Source of the DNA: Octopus vulgaris
Taxonomy: Eukaryota
Direction of reading: 5' to 3'
NCBI GenBank assembly: GCA_951406725.2
Contig: OX597819.1
Span: 20,894,001-20,958,000, forward strand
DNA: 64,000 nt
Under the pieces are notes generated by a model that was not told where the DNA came from, searched no databases, and worked only from the letters and a program-made list of their open reading frames with translations. The position numbers and the translations under genes are program-made. This document shows, one piece after another, positions 39,930 to 55,278 of the stretch. The first letter of the stretch is position 1; every line of letters starts with the position of its first letter.

Positions 39930-40740
39930 TAGACGTATATACACACACACACACATATATACACATATATATGCATATATATATATATATATAAATATAT
40001 ATATCCAGGTATATATATGCACGTGCGTGTGCTCATGTGTATAGCTGCATGTACGTATAGATCATTATACATGCATATGTGTGTATGTGTGAGAGTATTT
40101 TATGTATACTTGTATAATGTGAGAGTTAGAGAAAGAGAGACAGAGAAAGTGTGAGCATGTGTGTGAATAACACGGTAGGTAACTAATTCGATACCAGCAT
40201 CAACCAATACACTGTGAAGTGATCTACTGTACATCCGTCTTTACTGTCTCTGGAGGCGATATTTAAAAAGTAGCTCTATAAGCTATGTTTTCATGCACCA
40301 TTTCTCTATTGTAATAATAGTATTACAAAAGTGGTGGGTGGATAATATACGCCCTGTTGAATAATATATTTAAAAGACGCTAATTTATAAAATTGCCCAA
40401 GACGTTAGGTAACGACCGGAATTTATTTCTGGTGTCCAGCTACAAAGAAGTGGCATTTTCCTTCTTCATTATTTAAGTTTATATCAACTACAATGGCAGG
40501 AAGCCAGCCATGAATTCTCGACCTGGACTCACGTTCAAGATATTCTGTGAGTCACATTAGGAAAAGGATTCCAAGACATAAATGCACGGTATGAAACAGA
40601 TACTTGGTCAATATGGCGCAAATATAGTCACAGTGAAAGAAATCAAGAATTTAATAAGGGCCAAGAAAACAACCCCATTATAATAAAAAAAAACTTTGAA
40701 ATACACTGCATGTGTTTCTAGATATAAGCATTCAGAAATA

Positions 40741-40789
<49 letters not shown>

Positions 40790-41163
40790 AGAACAAGGTG
40801 TACGTACGCCGCTATATTTATATATAAATATATAAAATACAAAATAGGACAATAACGCAAAACATCCGGACAACTAGGTGATACAAAAAGGGACAACAAA
40901 ACATTCAGATAGACGATATAAAAAAAAACAAGGACGGGTCACTCGAGCCTTTTACCCTCAGTCAAGAACCAAATCATCCTCGCAATTTCGGCTGATTAAT
41001 CTTGAGATTGCTCCAAACTGGCCAGCCCCAAGGAAAAACTAAGCTAAGACCATTAGATTCCTTGGAAAAAAAAACATCGAATGTATACGAAAACAAGGAC
41101 GGAAAAACAAACGATGTTACACGAATATAAATACAAAAATACAATAAAAATAATAATAATTAT

Positions 41164-41197
<34 letters not shown>

Positions 41198-42343
41198 GGC
41201 GTCTTTCGACTGGGGACTAATGGAATTCAGCTGGCGTGTGTGGAAATGAAGCCTTACGGCAGAGATAATGTTCCCCATGGACGCCCTGTCCTTAAAGGCA
41301 CAGAAGTACATCCGATGCAGAAAAGCCTCCGTGCAGTGAGATTGAGACTCCTTGATGTCAATATCCGCTTCATTTGGGCTTTCTGCCAGTTGAGTGCTAC
41401 GAAAATGTCTGTCCCTATCGATATGAATAAGAAAGCAGTGATAAAAATAACACTGATATTGAAATTACCCGTCCAGCTAAATAAAATTTGTTGTATGCAG
41501 CAGAAATTATATTACATTAAAATAGATATACTTGCGTGTTATATTTCATGAGGATACACTGTGAAAAGTAAATCAACTGCAATGTACTTCCGGAAGTGAT
41601 ATCTCTTATTAATGTGCTGGATATAAAAAGAAAAAAATATATTTGTCGCAGACTGAAATCGTTCAGCTGTGGCGGTGAGAATGTTAGAAGTAAATTTTTG
41701 CGTTGTTGGCATCAATCAGAAGAATGCACCAAGGTGTTTCTGTATGTGAGAATACGTGAGTGTGCGAAGAAAGAGAAAGAAAGAGCGAGATAACTAGAGG
41801 GAGAGTGACCAACATTTTCCGAGCATGTGAATATTATGGCTAAGTTCGGATTTGATTTTTCATATTACAATAATAACGTTCCTATATCGTTAAGTCCATA
41901 CATGATTCGATACTTTTACATTCTTTTTATCAAAACTGATGGCAATAAGAATGTCCTGTACCTCTAACACTTTTCTGTTGACTGTAACAAAACAAAGAAA
42001 CACTGTTACCTCATAAAATTGCTAATATTTAATTTTAAAAATCTAGAGATGTTTTAGAGAAATTTGTTAAACAGTTGGGATTGATGAATTCTATGATCCA
42101 AGAAAATGAACAACCGTTTCAGTGGATTTGTTCATAGTTTATATTTTTGAAATTGCACTCATCAAAGCTTCGATTAGATAGACTTAAGATCAGTGTCGAC
42201 CAGATAGATTGAAGTCTGGGAGACATATTTATGAAAACGATTATTTTTAATGAGAGAGACAGGCATTTACGTACATCGCCTTCGAAACAGTAGTCAAATC
42301 ATAATAAAACTAATATTAGCAATTTCTTATATTACACGAAACA

Positions 42344-42538
42344 AAGGTGCCAACCTTATAGACTCGGTAGCGCGTCAGGGGAAATGCTTCGCAGCATTTT
42401 TTCCGACTTGATGTCTCTGAGTTCAAATTCCGTTGAGGTCGTTCACTCCCCTATCATTTTTCGGTGTCAATAAAATAAGTACCATTTAAGCATTGAGATT
42501 GAAATTGCTGGCATTACACCAAAATTTTAAACAAATAC
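42344..42538 (+). mobile_element. Degenerate SINE (family of 1463)
   Basis: aaatgcttcgcagcattt...ctgagttcaaattccgttgaggtcg...taaaataagtacca. Confidence 0.65.
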
Positions 42539-43288
42539 TGTATGAAACAATAGATTGTGGAATTCTATGTTTCTTTCTCGTAAATTCTTTGAATCCTCAG
42601 TAATGTACTTTAAGTGATATTCAGTCTCTTAAGGTAGATATTTATAGAATAACACAATATAGGGGAAATAAATAAAGGTAGATATAAGACCTTCTCTCAT
42701 GAGTCTAGCTTCTTGTTATTTATCGTTTGTGCTTACCGTTCCATTTGGCAATGTATCAGTTGTGGCATGTGTCAATATGTATGAGAACAGATAAAATCGT
42801 CTACCGAGACTGTATAGTATTAGTTTTTGGTTTTGTTTTGTTCGTGTTCTTCTTATTCTAGTTTCGGATATGTTTACAAAATGCCTGGTAGTGATTAAAA
42901 AAGCGGAGAAAGCTGAGTGATGAAAATTAAATGACATATGGTAGTTTTAAAGTATGTGCAAGATTATTCTGGAATATCTTCCAGGAAAAAGGTCTGTGTC
43001 TTGCAAATAGAACAAATGATTCCATCTGCTTCGATGTTGTGTTTCGGCGTTTGAAATGTGTTTGTAAAAACATGAGAATTAATAAGAAATATAAAAGAAA
43101 AGGTAAAGCAAAGCCTCAGAATCAACAGAAATCCTGATATTACTTGCAGTGATACTATAACAAATATCATTTCGAAAACTATTCTTCTTCACATCCTTCG
43201 TCCTTTTTCCATCTTCTCTTCCTTTTCTTCTTCCTCCCTACCTATTTCTTCTATTAGAATAAAGAATCAGACAGTTCGAAAATCATAA

Positions 43289-43320
<32 letters not shown>

Positions 43321-45012
43321 ACACGCGCGCGTGAGTAAAACAGTCAGTACCACATCAACAAGAGAAATATCAGCTGCTTGAAATGGAAGTAATATGTAGA
43401 GCGAACGGATTATTCAATAGCAAAAGCAATAGCGACATGAACATCACCAATAACAGCTCTGTGCGGTACAGAATAAAGAAGAACATTTATTTATCGGCAG
43501 CATATTTGTATTTATGTTGAGGAATGAGAATACTTAAGTTCTCTTCTTCATAATTATTGTTCCTCAAGTATTAATATTTTATCTCTCAAGTCTATGATCC
43601 CAACGAAACTAACTCTATCTACATCGTTGTTCCTCTTTCCAGTACTAGCATTAGAATCTCTGTTACCAATTTCAAGAGACATCGGGATGTAGGAGTCGCA
43701 GTTGCATTGTGTGAGAAAGGAAACAAAATGGCGTTCTGTTTTGCCTGGAACTACAGTGATCCTGTAACTCGTTCAACAGATTGTACGTCAGTTGATAAGC
43801 ATAGAATGAGCTTCATATTTCATCTGGATTAGAACAGACTCCGATCTAAATAACAACAACAGCAACATTACTCCTTCTATTTTCCCCAGTCTTGAAGTTA
43901 AAGTATGGAGACGTTTCGTTGGAGTTTCGCCAAACATCAGCCATGAACAAGTTTTATCATGCAAGGAATCAATATAGTCGTTTGTTACTCCATCGCTTTC
44001 GTTTTACACATGCTGTATCTTGGGCTAACTCATACAATACCCCATCTCTTTTACTTGACTGAGGGAAAGATAAAAGCATCAAATAATTTCGATTCCATAC
44101 CCTGTGTTAAAACTAAGTCTCAAATTTGAGGCAATATTTTAAACTTATTTGAAATATTTTGATAGTGAAGTCATAGAGATTAGTTATCCAGAGCTAGAAA
44201 CCTTACAGAATTTTCTGTTGCTCTTGTGGTGGTGGTGGTGGGCGTCGCCGTCGTTGCTTCTTGTCTTCCTGTTACATGTGCTAAAGTTTTCCTAATGAAC
44301 TCTAGTGCCCGAATCTGGAACTAGCAGATTTCTAATCAAAAGTATTCTTGTCACGGCCATTCCAAATGTTTTAAAGAATTTAATACATCATCCAATGCGT
44401 TTTATCTGTTCATTCTAAACAATAGAGAGTTGACTTGAGAGAAATTTCGCAGACCATTTTAGAAACTGAAGTAACTTCTCATAAGATCTTTTATTTGCGC
44501 AACCCGACATTCTGTGTTTGCCTCTGTTATTCATATGACAGTGATATAGCTGGTAAGAGTATAGATTACTTCTGACGTCGTTTCGCTGACATCTGAGAAA
44601 AGAAAAACAACACATACTTAATATTAGGTCAGCTCAGATTCGGTAGGCCAACGATCAGAATCTAGCAGTGTCTAGAAATCCTACTATGTATCATAATTGC
44701 GAACTTATATGCAAAGTAAATTTTTAAGACATAGAACTGTACATGATGTTGATTTCACAAGAATTCATTTAATAATAATGATGCCAAAATAAGGTTTTCT
44801 GTGTTAACTACAAAATGTAACATTAGAAACAACGACGTCAAATATTGTCTCGTAAAGAATCTGATAATATTTAATAATGTATCCTCGCACAACACTTAAA
44901 AAGCATAGTCCTATCTGACATCGTTAAATGGAACTATGATACATGAACATAAATGTTTGGATGATGAAATTTATGCACACCAAAGCAAACATCATGAGTT
45001 ATAGGTATAGGA

Positions 45013-45057
<45 letters not shown>

Positions 45058-45061
<4 letters not shown>

Positions 45062-45258
45062 ATCCAAACATGAAAACACAAAAAGAAAACACAACAACGC
45101 GAGGACGTGGAACAAATATAGTATTATTGGACGCTCAGGAAAGAAGGAGCGTATAAAGTTTCGAGCGAAGCTCTTCGTTAGAAACATAGGAAAATGAAAG
45201 ATCCAAAGAAGGGAAGACGGAGGAAAAAAATCGCCGACGGTACACACGCGGTCACATT
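45058..45258 (-). repeat. Penelope-like non-coding fragment with mutated hammerhead core
   Basis: Minus strand: CTAACGA-a-GAGC ttc GCTC-GAAA; the element abuts (TA)n. Confidence 0.45.
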
Positions 45259-46231
45259 ATGGACATCGCATTTTCTCGTTACAGATGATACGGAACATTG
45301 GATAAATATCAGGAATAAGCAATTGGAATATTCAAGTCGCTGCGATTTAATATTAGTGTCACCATCAATACAAGCAAATTTAACAATCTTCACGTAATGA
45401 TATATCTAGAAAGCGGTTAAAGCAGAAAACGAAAGGAATAACTCGTATACATAAATATTGATTCTAACAAACTTCTCAAAGTATTAAACAAGCAGTTGGC
45501 AGCGATATAGCTATAACAATATGTGATATGTTCTCAGATAAATATACATTCGATCAAGCTCCCACTTAATGTAATGATATGGATGTACAAAAAGCAAAGT
45601 TTAAGGAAAAGTTTAGGTTCTACAACCAAGCAGAAGTAAATGAAAAGAAAACATAAAAACGCTAGGACTATGAAGAATCTCTTGATCAAAAATGGGAAAT
45701 CAAATACAACTACCAATTTTTCAGCCCACATTTTAAATAATAATTCTCAAAATGTCTCAGGTACTACACATTGTCTAATTCATAAATCTACCTCCAGAAA
45801 CTGTAAAAAGCAGCATATATCACACAATGTTCATGTTGATTTGTTAATTTCTAAATTGATTTGTGTATAATTACGACATCAGTAGTTTAATCATCCATCA
45901 GGGCATGACCTGTATAAAGCTGGGATTTTATACCAAATAAAAGAAGCGAATTAATGCCATATAATAAGAGAACATTTACTCTAGGAAAAAAAACCCAGAA
46001 ATATTACAATGCCGCCACAAAATATTCCTGCCTGGGAAATTACAAACGAATACAGAACGTGATTGGTCATGAGGATGCAGCCAAAATGCGAACCAAAAGG
46101 TTACAAGATGGCCGCAAGTCCCAGCAAACGCAAACAATAATTATTAATAGTGACCTCTTAAATTTTTTCGTTAATAAACATATGTGAAAATCGTATCTGC
46201 AGGAACTCACTTTAAGGATCCAACTAATATC

Positions 46232-47101
46232 TCAATTCTGTATCAGTATTGAACGAAACTCCGCGCATAGCATTTGAAAGAGATCGAAAAGGTGGAAATC
46301 CGTTGGTGCCAAATCAGGAGAGTACGGCGGGTGTGGTAGCACTTCCCAGCCATACGTCTGAATGGTTTCCTTGGTCATATTGACAATATGAAGGCGGGCG
46401 TTGTCGTGCAGCAGCAGAACTCCATGCTGCTGATTAGGTCTTTTCTCTTGAAGAGCCGTGTTAAGTCGTTCCATCTGTTGAACATAGAGTTGTGCGTTGA
46501 CCGTTTGATTCCGTTCGAGCCATTCGTAATGGATAATCCCTTCCCACACAGATGAAGATCTTGTTTCACACGCGGTGTTGCTTGTTTACCGGGGCTAAAC
46601 CATTCCTTACGCTGCTTCATATTGATGAACAAGCACCATTTGTTGTTGCCTGTAACGATGCGGTAAAGAAATCGTTGCTTGTGTCCTTGAGTTGAACCAT
46701 GACGAGCAAGCAAACCAGCAGAGATTGTGGCTCGTTGATTTTTGTTCTTGTTACTTAATGCATGCTTCTGAACCTTTCCCATCGAGTGAAGATGCTTCTC
46801 TATAGCAGTGTGGGAGCATTCAATTTTCTCTGAAAGTTATATTGTCGTTTGACGAGAATTTTCATGCAAAGGTTGGTTTAATTGGACTTCTGCGAACTCA
46901 ACTGAACGATCATAACAAGGTGCGTCTTTGATGTCAAAATGTTCATTTTTGAACTTGGCATACCAATCAGCGATTCTTTCAGCTATGGCGCCCTCTCCAT
47001 AAAGAGGAGAAATGTCACAAAATAAACAAAAATTAACTAGAAAACAAATGATATAAAATAGATTCCAAAATTTAGAAAGACGGCGGGAACTTATTTGCTA
47101 T

Positions 47102-47108
<7 letters not shown>
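46232..47108 (-). mobile_element. Mariner (DD34D-type) transposon relic
   Basis: RFLYRIVTGNNKW (first D lost), LLLHDNAR, GWEVLPHPPYSPDLAPTDFHLF; TIR-like end tattggaatagcaaataagttccc next to (TA)n; frameshifted. Confidence 0.92.
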
Positions 47109-47156
<48 letters not shown>

Positions 47157-47385
47157 GAGGGTGCAAAACTAGGTGTTTAGGGTGTTGCACTCATGATCTA
47201 GCGGTCGTGATTTCAATTCCTGCAATCAGTTAGACACCTGACACGTGGTACACAGCGCACCTGTTCAGACAGTCGATTTGATGGAGGGAGTGAGCTAATG
47301 AGTGACACGGATATTTGATCACTATAAATCATTTGCACAATTCGTCCCTTAGAACCTGTACGCTCGTGCGTCATCTTGGTCATCA
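47157..47385 (+). mobile_element. Degenerate tRNA-derived SINE
   Basis: gtgtttagggtgttgcactcatgatc...gatttcaattcc resembles the head at 36950. Confidence 0.45.
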
Positions 47386-47936
47386 TTGTCCATCGTGTCT
47401 ATATATATATATATATATACACGCACACATATATATATATATACACACGCACACACACGCATATATATATATATATATATATGGATATATCCATACTTTT
47501 AATTATGCGTTTCTGTGTATATATACATGTGTGTATATATACATGCATATATATATACATGCATATATATGCATGCATATATATATATACATACATGCAT
47601 ATGTATATATATATACATGCATATATATATACATGAAATATATATATATATATACACACGCAGATATATGTACACACACATACGCACACACATATATACT
47701 CACATGCATGCATATATACTTACATACAAACGCTCGTATATCAAAGCGGCAACTTCCATGAAATAAAACCCTAGCTATTCTTAAAGTATTTATTCTATCT
47801 CATGATTTCGAATGAGATTATACGGTTCAAAGAAATTGGAAATTTAGGAAAGTGTTGCTGAAGAGAAAAGTGATGTATGTATATGATGAATCTCGACACA
47901 TCGACCATCTCTCACAGAACGTGGCGGCCTTCGCGA

Positions 47937-47970
<34 letters not shown>

Positions 47971-48996
47971 GAAGTAAGTCAGTATAGCTTTATCTTAATA
48001 TGATATTAATTCAGCTCAGCTATGATGAGAAGCGATTTAATTGATGATGTAATCTCATAGGTATTATTCTCTCTTCGAATCACAAACCAATCACCAACAT
48101 AGAGCCGAAACTAAGAAATCCATTTAGAAAACAAAAACTTTAAGCTTTAAATTTTGTATTAAAATTTGCCTGAAGCTTGTATGTAAATATGAATAGGAAA
48201 TTTATTATCACCAAGTAAATGATGCAGATGAGCTGTCAGACAATAAGCTAAGTTTAAACAATACCGGTGCAAGAATACTGTCCTAATCGAATGGCTGAGA
48301 TAAGATTTTAATAGCTTTAATATAATGGGCTTTATATTCTCAGTTAAAACAAAGAATCTTATCTGACACATTTTCAAAAACGACTCCCATCATGCTTTAT
48401 TTACAAACTTTTCATGTTCAATGAATTCCGCTTCGTAAATATTACAATAAGTTAATCTCGTTTAACGGTACAAGACTGTATTGTCCTAAGAATGTGTTCG
48501 TTATAATATTATATACTCTAGAGATATATTGTTCTTATTGTACTTCTTGTTCTTGCTACCACTATTATTATTATTATTGTTATTATTATTATTATTATTA
48601 TTATGTGTTTAAGTATCAATGCTGAGTTGATAAATCTTTAGATTCATGCGACAAAATGTTTCATTGATGGCGGCGGATTTATGAATTTTAAATCGATTAA
48701 TGTTTTATGGTATAATAATTTGATAACGTATTCAAATCAACACTTTACTCTAATATTATTACAGTTCATTGTCTTTGTTGTTATTGTTGCTGTTGTTGCT
48801 GCTGCTGCTTCCAATTTTTCTATTCTCTTCTTCATTTTTTATGGTTTTTATGTAAATAATTATCTAGGTGAATATTTTTGCCTGTTTTAGCACTCATGTT
48901 CGTTGTTTGTACATAGCCTACAATGGCTTTCGGTATCATCATCACCATCGTCGTCATCATCACAATCATTCTTCATCTTCTTCCGATTATTATTAC

Positions 48997-49048
<52 letters not shown>

Positions 49049-49861
49049 GTTGTTATTATTGTTGTTGATTTTGAGTTTTTTTCCCCCTAATAACACTGTA
49101 TAATTCTTCATCCATGCGAATCATGTAAATGGAGATATATCATAATGTTATCACCAACAACTGAAGCGGGAGGAATATCAAAATAGCAACCTTGTAAATT
49201 TCTCCCACACCATCAAACACTTGAGTCCATTGGTGATAAAAAAAAACTGTTTTGTATTAAATAATGGATAATTTTGGTCCAAATATATTTCTGCATACAG
49301 AGTCTCAGACATATTCCCAGAAGCACCAAACATGGAAGAATTTAAGATTTTGTGAATGAAAATTGCGGTCTATGATTCAATTATCGACAGAAAACTGTTT
49401 CACTTCACATACGGCAACACTTACGTTATAGGAAAAAATTTCAACACCATTCCATAACGATCATCAACGTATGAGCCAGTCAAGGAGTACCTTGTCGTTA
49501 CTGGAAGTGTTACAAAGACCATGTAAACGTACTTTAATTAAAATACCATTGCTTTGCATAAGATATGATGGATAATGCAGCATTAAATACACGGTGCCTG
49601 TACAGTAGATGAAACAGCATCTATTTGTGCAACTGTAGCGATAGTTATGCTTGGTGTGGATTGATCTGACTCTGAACAACAGAAATCAACCGTTCATACG
49701 AAAACATATATGGTTAATTCAAATAATGCGTTCTTTATTCACACATGTAATGATAGAGCTTAAATAAATCATTTTTAATTAACACTACACGCTTAGCGAC
49801 AAGTAAAATTACTACGTGACGTATCATGTGAAGAGCGAAAATTTCATTTTCAGTCATATTC

Positions 49862-50015
49862 TTTTCTTCTCTAGGCACAAGGCCCAAACTTTTGGTGAAG
49901 GGGGCCAGTCGATTAGATCGATCCCAGTACGCAACATTTACTTTATTTATCGACCTCAAAAGAATGAAAGACAAAGTCGACATCGTGGGAATTTGAACTC
50001 AGAACGTAAAGACAG
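49862..50015 (-). mobile_element. SINE 3' part (family of 1463, tail type of 1708-1853)
   Basis: ctaggcacaaggccc...ggggccagtcgattagatcgatcccagtacgcaac...gaatttgaactcagaacgtaaagac. Confidence 0.8.
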
Positions 50016-50800
50016 TCATATAAGAAGGCTTCAAAATAAGGCTTATTTAGTGATAGATAAATATCGAAACCACCGGAAACTGTGACGCTTGAAATATTAT
50101 TTCACAGATTTTCCTATTGCTGTCTCTTCTATCGCAAACACAATAACCACCTCTGACTATTTCAAATTAATCATTCCCCAAAGGTATCTTCTCACATTTA
50201 CTGTTCCTAACCTCGCAGGCTTCTACAATTAATTGTGCGGTGCACATTTTTTACCTTGAACTTAGGCTATATGGAATTCTCACTTGCTCCTGTTTGTCTG
50301 CAGTTATTAAAGCTAAACCTGAACTACATTAATATAATACATAGTCTGGGCGTGTTTCAAAATAATATGGCTACTGCCCTACTTAATACGACTGCTTTAT
50401 CAAAAAAAAAAAAATTAGAAGAACAGGATGAAAGCTATTTATCTTTCTGTTAGTCACATAAAACAAACAGTCACCATTTACAATTAATAAATACACACAC
50501 ACACACAATACAAAACACAGACCCTTCCAGATTCATATTCGCTGTTTGTTTATCTGCAAATTATACAGAACAAGCAAGAATTTAAAATGTTCCCGGCTAT
50601 CCTTTCATCTTAATTGTAGTTCAACTAGTTTAGAACGTTATACAGCAGACATACATAGTTACCGTGTGAAGTTTCAAAATTCGTTTATTGAATTTCTACA
50701 TTTCTTCATTAGTCGCAAAAGAATTGCCAATTTCATTTCACGTAATAAACCTTTCCTACAATCAGAAGAATTCTATGAGATTTCACAATGAATTCTAAAC

Positions 50801-50864
<64 letters not shown>

Positions 50865-52009
50865 GAAGCCTTCGCGCATACTCACATCACATACGATGTA
50901 TAATATATATATATATATACATAATGAGTGTGTCTGTTTATGTGTGGGCGTGTATGTGTGTATATATGTGTATATGTACATAAAACACAAGCACACACAC
51001 ACACACACACACACGCACGTACGTATATACAGGCATTTATTATATGTAGTATGTACTATTTTAGTGTATAATTTATCTTTTTCTTTAGCTCTTGTGCGGT
51101 TCTCCAACTGAAAGGCATCGTTCGGGTGATTAAATTTACCCCTGTACCTAACTTTACATAATTTGCTTTATCTTTCAAACTCATTTGAAATTGCGATATA
51201 AAAGGCCCTTAGCTCAGACCGCAACAATACAGTGATAATCTACTGATTATTTTGCACTAGTACTGGTTGCGTTAGTTTCCATATGAGCCAATTACGCTCA
51301 TTTCACGTTTGCTCTACATGTGGGAAATAGCAGACAAATGTGCACAGAATTATGCCCGGCTCTTTTAGATATAGAATAAAATATATTTCGCAGATTATTT
51401 GCAGAGGAAAATACAATTGTATATCCGCGTGAAAGAAGTGTGATAATGGAGGTAAATAATTTTAGTTATATTAGAAAAGTTAAGCAAACATAAAACAAAA
51501 CTTCTTCCATTGATATAAAATGAAGTATTACATACCGCATTTATACAGTGGAGTGAGTTGTTCGTTATATATATATATATAAGATAGATATTTAGCCCGT
51601 AAATATGCACCACAAGGAAATGTGACATGCGGTAGATTTGGCACAAAATAGCTCTAGCTAAACGAAACATGCTTATACAATCGTATGTAACACATTCGTG
51701 TACACTGGAACGTGGGATGATCTTCCAGAGCAGAAATAGTCTTTAAAGACATTTCTCCTCGCAGAAAGTATGAGTGAAATACTGGATAGTAGATGAGGCT
51801 ACCGGATTTTGGGACCCATGCATTTCTCAAACCGAATCGGTCTTTCACAGTTCTATAAGAAGGTTGTTTTTTTTTTTTGGCATATAAGAGTAGCAATTAG
51901 CATTAATGGAGTCTAGGAAACCATATTTCGCTATCGCAGATTGGCACAGTTGTGCATTGGTACCGGCAGCCAATCAGAGCATGTTGTGTACCTTTCAAAG
52001 CAGCAGTAG

Positions 52010-52250
52010 TCAGCCAGCATCGGAGCGCACCTTTTGGCAGGCAGGCAGTCAGCGAACAGAACTCCGTAATCGTCAGCGAACACACCTGTACGACTGTCAG
52101 CGATCAACGCTGCTCAACCGTCAGCAATCAGATCTCCATGGCCGTTAGCGAACAGGTCCTACAACCGTCAGCAAATAGAGTTCTACGCCCGTCGGCGAAC
52201 AGATACTACGACCGTCAGCGAACAACGCTGACCAACTGCCAACACACAGA
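52010..52250. repeat. Degenerate GC-richer minisatellite (core cgtcagcgaaca, ~20-25-bp spacing)
   Basis: About nine variants of gtcagc(g/a)a(a/t)ca seen directly. Confidence 0.7.
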
Positions 52251-53787
52251 TCTCGTTTAACGAGAATCCTATTCATCTCAGATGACCTGTTATTAGCATA
52301 GATACATTTTATTATCCGTCATATTATACACACTTGTTTCTCATTAAACGTTTGTAACAGTAGCATAATGTTTCATATGAACAGGCTGCTAGCTCTCCAT
52401 CAGGTTCGATCGAGAAATGGAACTCATGAGGTGAGCCTCGCACCAACTCGTACAACTTAGTGTTGTATACTTGGTTTATCGATGGTTGGGAGAGGGGAAC
52501 AAACAGTACCGATATATTCATTGCTTAATCATCCGCCCTCAATGAATTGCATTGTCGACTACGTTGAGATTTCACCTGTGTTTGCAAAGAGACGGATGAA
52601 ATTATTATAAATAGATCCCTAATTATATTGTCACTTTGTCAATTTTATCAGAATTGCCACAGAAAATGATGACTTGCATGCTTATTCTTAATGTTTTTCG
52701 GTAGAGTTGAACAAGAGTATGCCAATCGCTGGTATGTTTCGCCAAAGTACAATTTCAGCTACAGGACGAATGTGTGTTCATAACACTCGAATGAAGAGTT
52801 CAACGTATTCTGGGACAGTCGGTTATGACATCGATGTATCTTGTCAGCCAGACGTATCCTCAGACTAACAGGAATCTAACAAGAGCCAATGGTCTTGTTC
52901 ATAAACTCAGCCAGTGAACTGTTTGCCTGACCAATGCTGATATCTGCCAAAATTTCACCATGCATGCCAATATGTGTTATAACAGTAAACAAACCTATCG
53001 TGGCTGCTCAACCTATTACAACTAGCAACCAGTTATCCGAAAAATCGCACGCTACTCTATGAAAAGTTGAAGGGCATTTTTGGACAAAACAGTACAATAT
53101 ATACAAAATGCAAAAGTGGGGAAAGCGAAGTTGCTTTTCACCACAAATATGAAATTCTTTGCTGTCGTTTGTATAAATAAAAAACAAGGATAAGAACATC
53201 GATAGCAATAGGAACGACTAAGAAAACTACGACAGAAACTTTTCTTTAATTGATAGAAATAGCTGCCAAATCATGCTTGAATCACATATTTTTCTAACAA
53301 GTCAATGAATGCCCCATTGATTAAAGGAGTTTATGATACAGTATGACTAGAGTAAAACCGACAACTCACGACTGTAAAATTCTTTGATCATAAGTCCAAG
53401 CAGTGAAGACTGCCCAAAAGGTGGCCAGCAACATAGTCACAACCCTCATCACCACCACAAACATTAACAAGAGGTAATCTGTGAAGTCCACATCAGAACA
53501 GCTAGTATAAGCACAAAAAAAAGGACATCGCATTTCATAAATTTTATCTCATTCAATGTAAGGATCCACTTTATAAAACACTTTAATTAATGTACATTAA
53601 TTGTGTTTTCGAAACATTGTTTTAAATGAATGTCCTAATTAAGAATTTTGGTGACCTAAATAACCTCCATCGCTAAACACATGAGGACGGCAAGAATATT
53701 TCCGCATGTCAAATAGCAGGTGGTGCTGTTGATCTTCTACGAAGTTGTATGTATATATGTGTGTGTGTGTGTATATATTTATATATG

Positions 53788-53823
<36 letters not shown>

Positions 53824-54741
53824 ATACATACATATATATATACATACATATATATATACATACATACATACATATATACATACATACATATATATATATA
53901 CATATATATATATATACATCCATACATATATATATATATATACATCCATACATATATATATATATACATACATATATATATATATATATACATACATATA
54001 TATATATATACATACATACATACATATATATATATAAGTAATTGCGTGTGTGTGTGTGTTAGCATGCGTTTTCCCGTTTTTCTATGTTCGTATGTGTGAG
54101 TATGTTTCTAAGTGTGTGCATTTCTATATTTATTTTAAGACTTAGTGTGTGTGTATAAGCTTGTCTTTTTGGCTGTCTATATTCACTTGATTTCACTACG
54201 TGTATAAGTGTACATATATATGAATCTGTATATGTATATATGACCTCTTTTACGTATATATATATATATATATAAGCAGATATTTCTCAAACTATAAGGT
54301 AAAGTGATTATGAATGTATGAATACAATTTTGCGTTAGCATCAACTATATATTCATTTCTAATAAAGCAATTATACGCGTATACATACATAAAAATATAT
54401 GTGTGTATTTCTGTACTTGAATCTATCTAGTGGTGCCTGTCTATGTGTACACGTGTGTGTGTATGTGGTAGCATGCAAACCTATACGTACATGTGTGTGT
54501 ATAGGTGTACATTATCATGTATGCGTAGGAATCAGTTATGCGTGTTTCCTTTACAATTAGTGAAATAACAAAAACTCAAAACAAAACCATATTCTGAATT
54601 TTCAATTCTACTAATGTTAAACGCAGAAAAAATTACTTCAATAACTACTACATGAAGGTACATACACGTACATACAAAAGCATACACTTACGTACATGCG
54701 TGGGGATGCGTGCATATATAAACACACACACGTATATACAC

Positions 54742-54788
<47 letters not shown>

Positions 54789-55030
54789 CATATACGTAAT
54801 CTAGTAATCTATGTACGTATGATCTTTTGTTATTTTTTCCTCTATATCTGCGTGAATTATTTTTGAGTATACAATGTCTGGGAGACTTTTCTTATAGTAG
54901 AAGAAATAGCTAAGATTTTTTGGCTGCTATTTCTAAAAATTCGGTGTATGGTAAAGTAAATTATTTTACTGAACCCTAATTATATAACGTAATGTTATAT
55001 ATATATATATACACACACACATTATATATA

Positions 55031-55070
<40 letters not shown>

Positions 55071-55128
55071 TTTTGTGTCTGGGGAGAGTCATTCTCTTTT
55101 AGTACCTTACAATTTAACAAACGCACCG

Positions 55129-55277
55129 GTAAAATTTCCACGTATTTCTTTTTGTATTTTTCTAAAATTTTCGTTACGCCTTGCAACTTTTTCAATATTT
55201 TTGAGAGTAAAAGCAATTGAAAAGTTTGGAAAACACAACTAAAATTTTAGAAGAATAAAAAGAAGTGGAAATGTTAC
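55129..55277. repeat. Imperfect palindromic (foldback/MITE-like) element
   Basis: gtaaaatttccac...ttctaaaattttcgtt...aactttttcaat mirrored by attgaaaagtt...aactaaaattttagaa...gtggaaatgttac. Confidence 0.65.
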
Positions 55278-55278
55278 A

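Noticed and set aside
41197-41300. HDV-like ribozyme suggested by the ggcgtct/ggacgcc pairing
   Set aside because: No P1.1, P3 or P4 arrangement follows the putative P1 3' strand.
51686-52358. Solo LTR (TG...CA ends with ATTAAA near the 3' end)
   Set aside because: No matching target-site duplication, primer-binding site or polypurine tract found.
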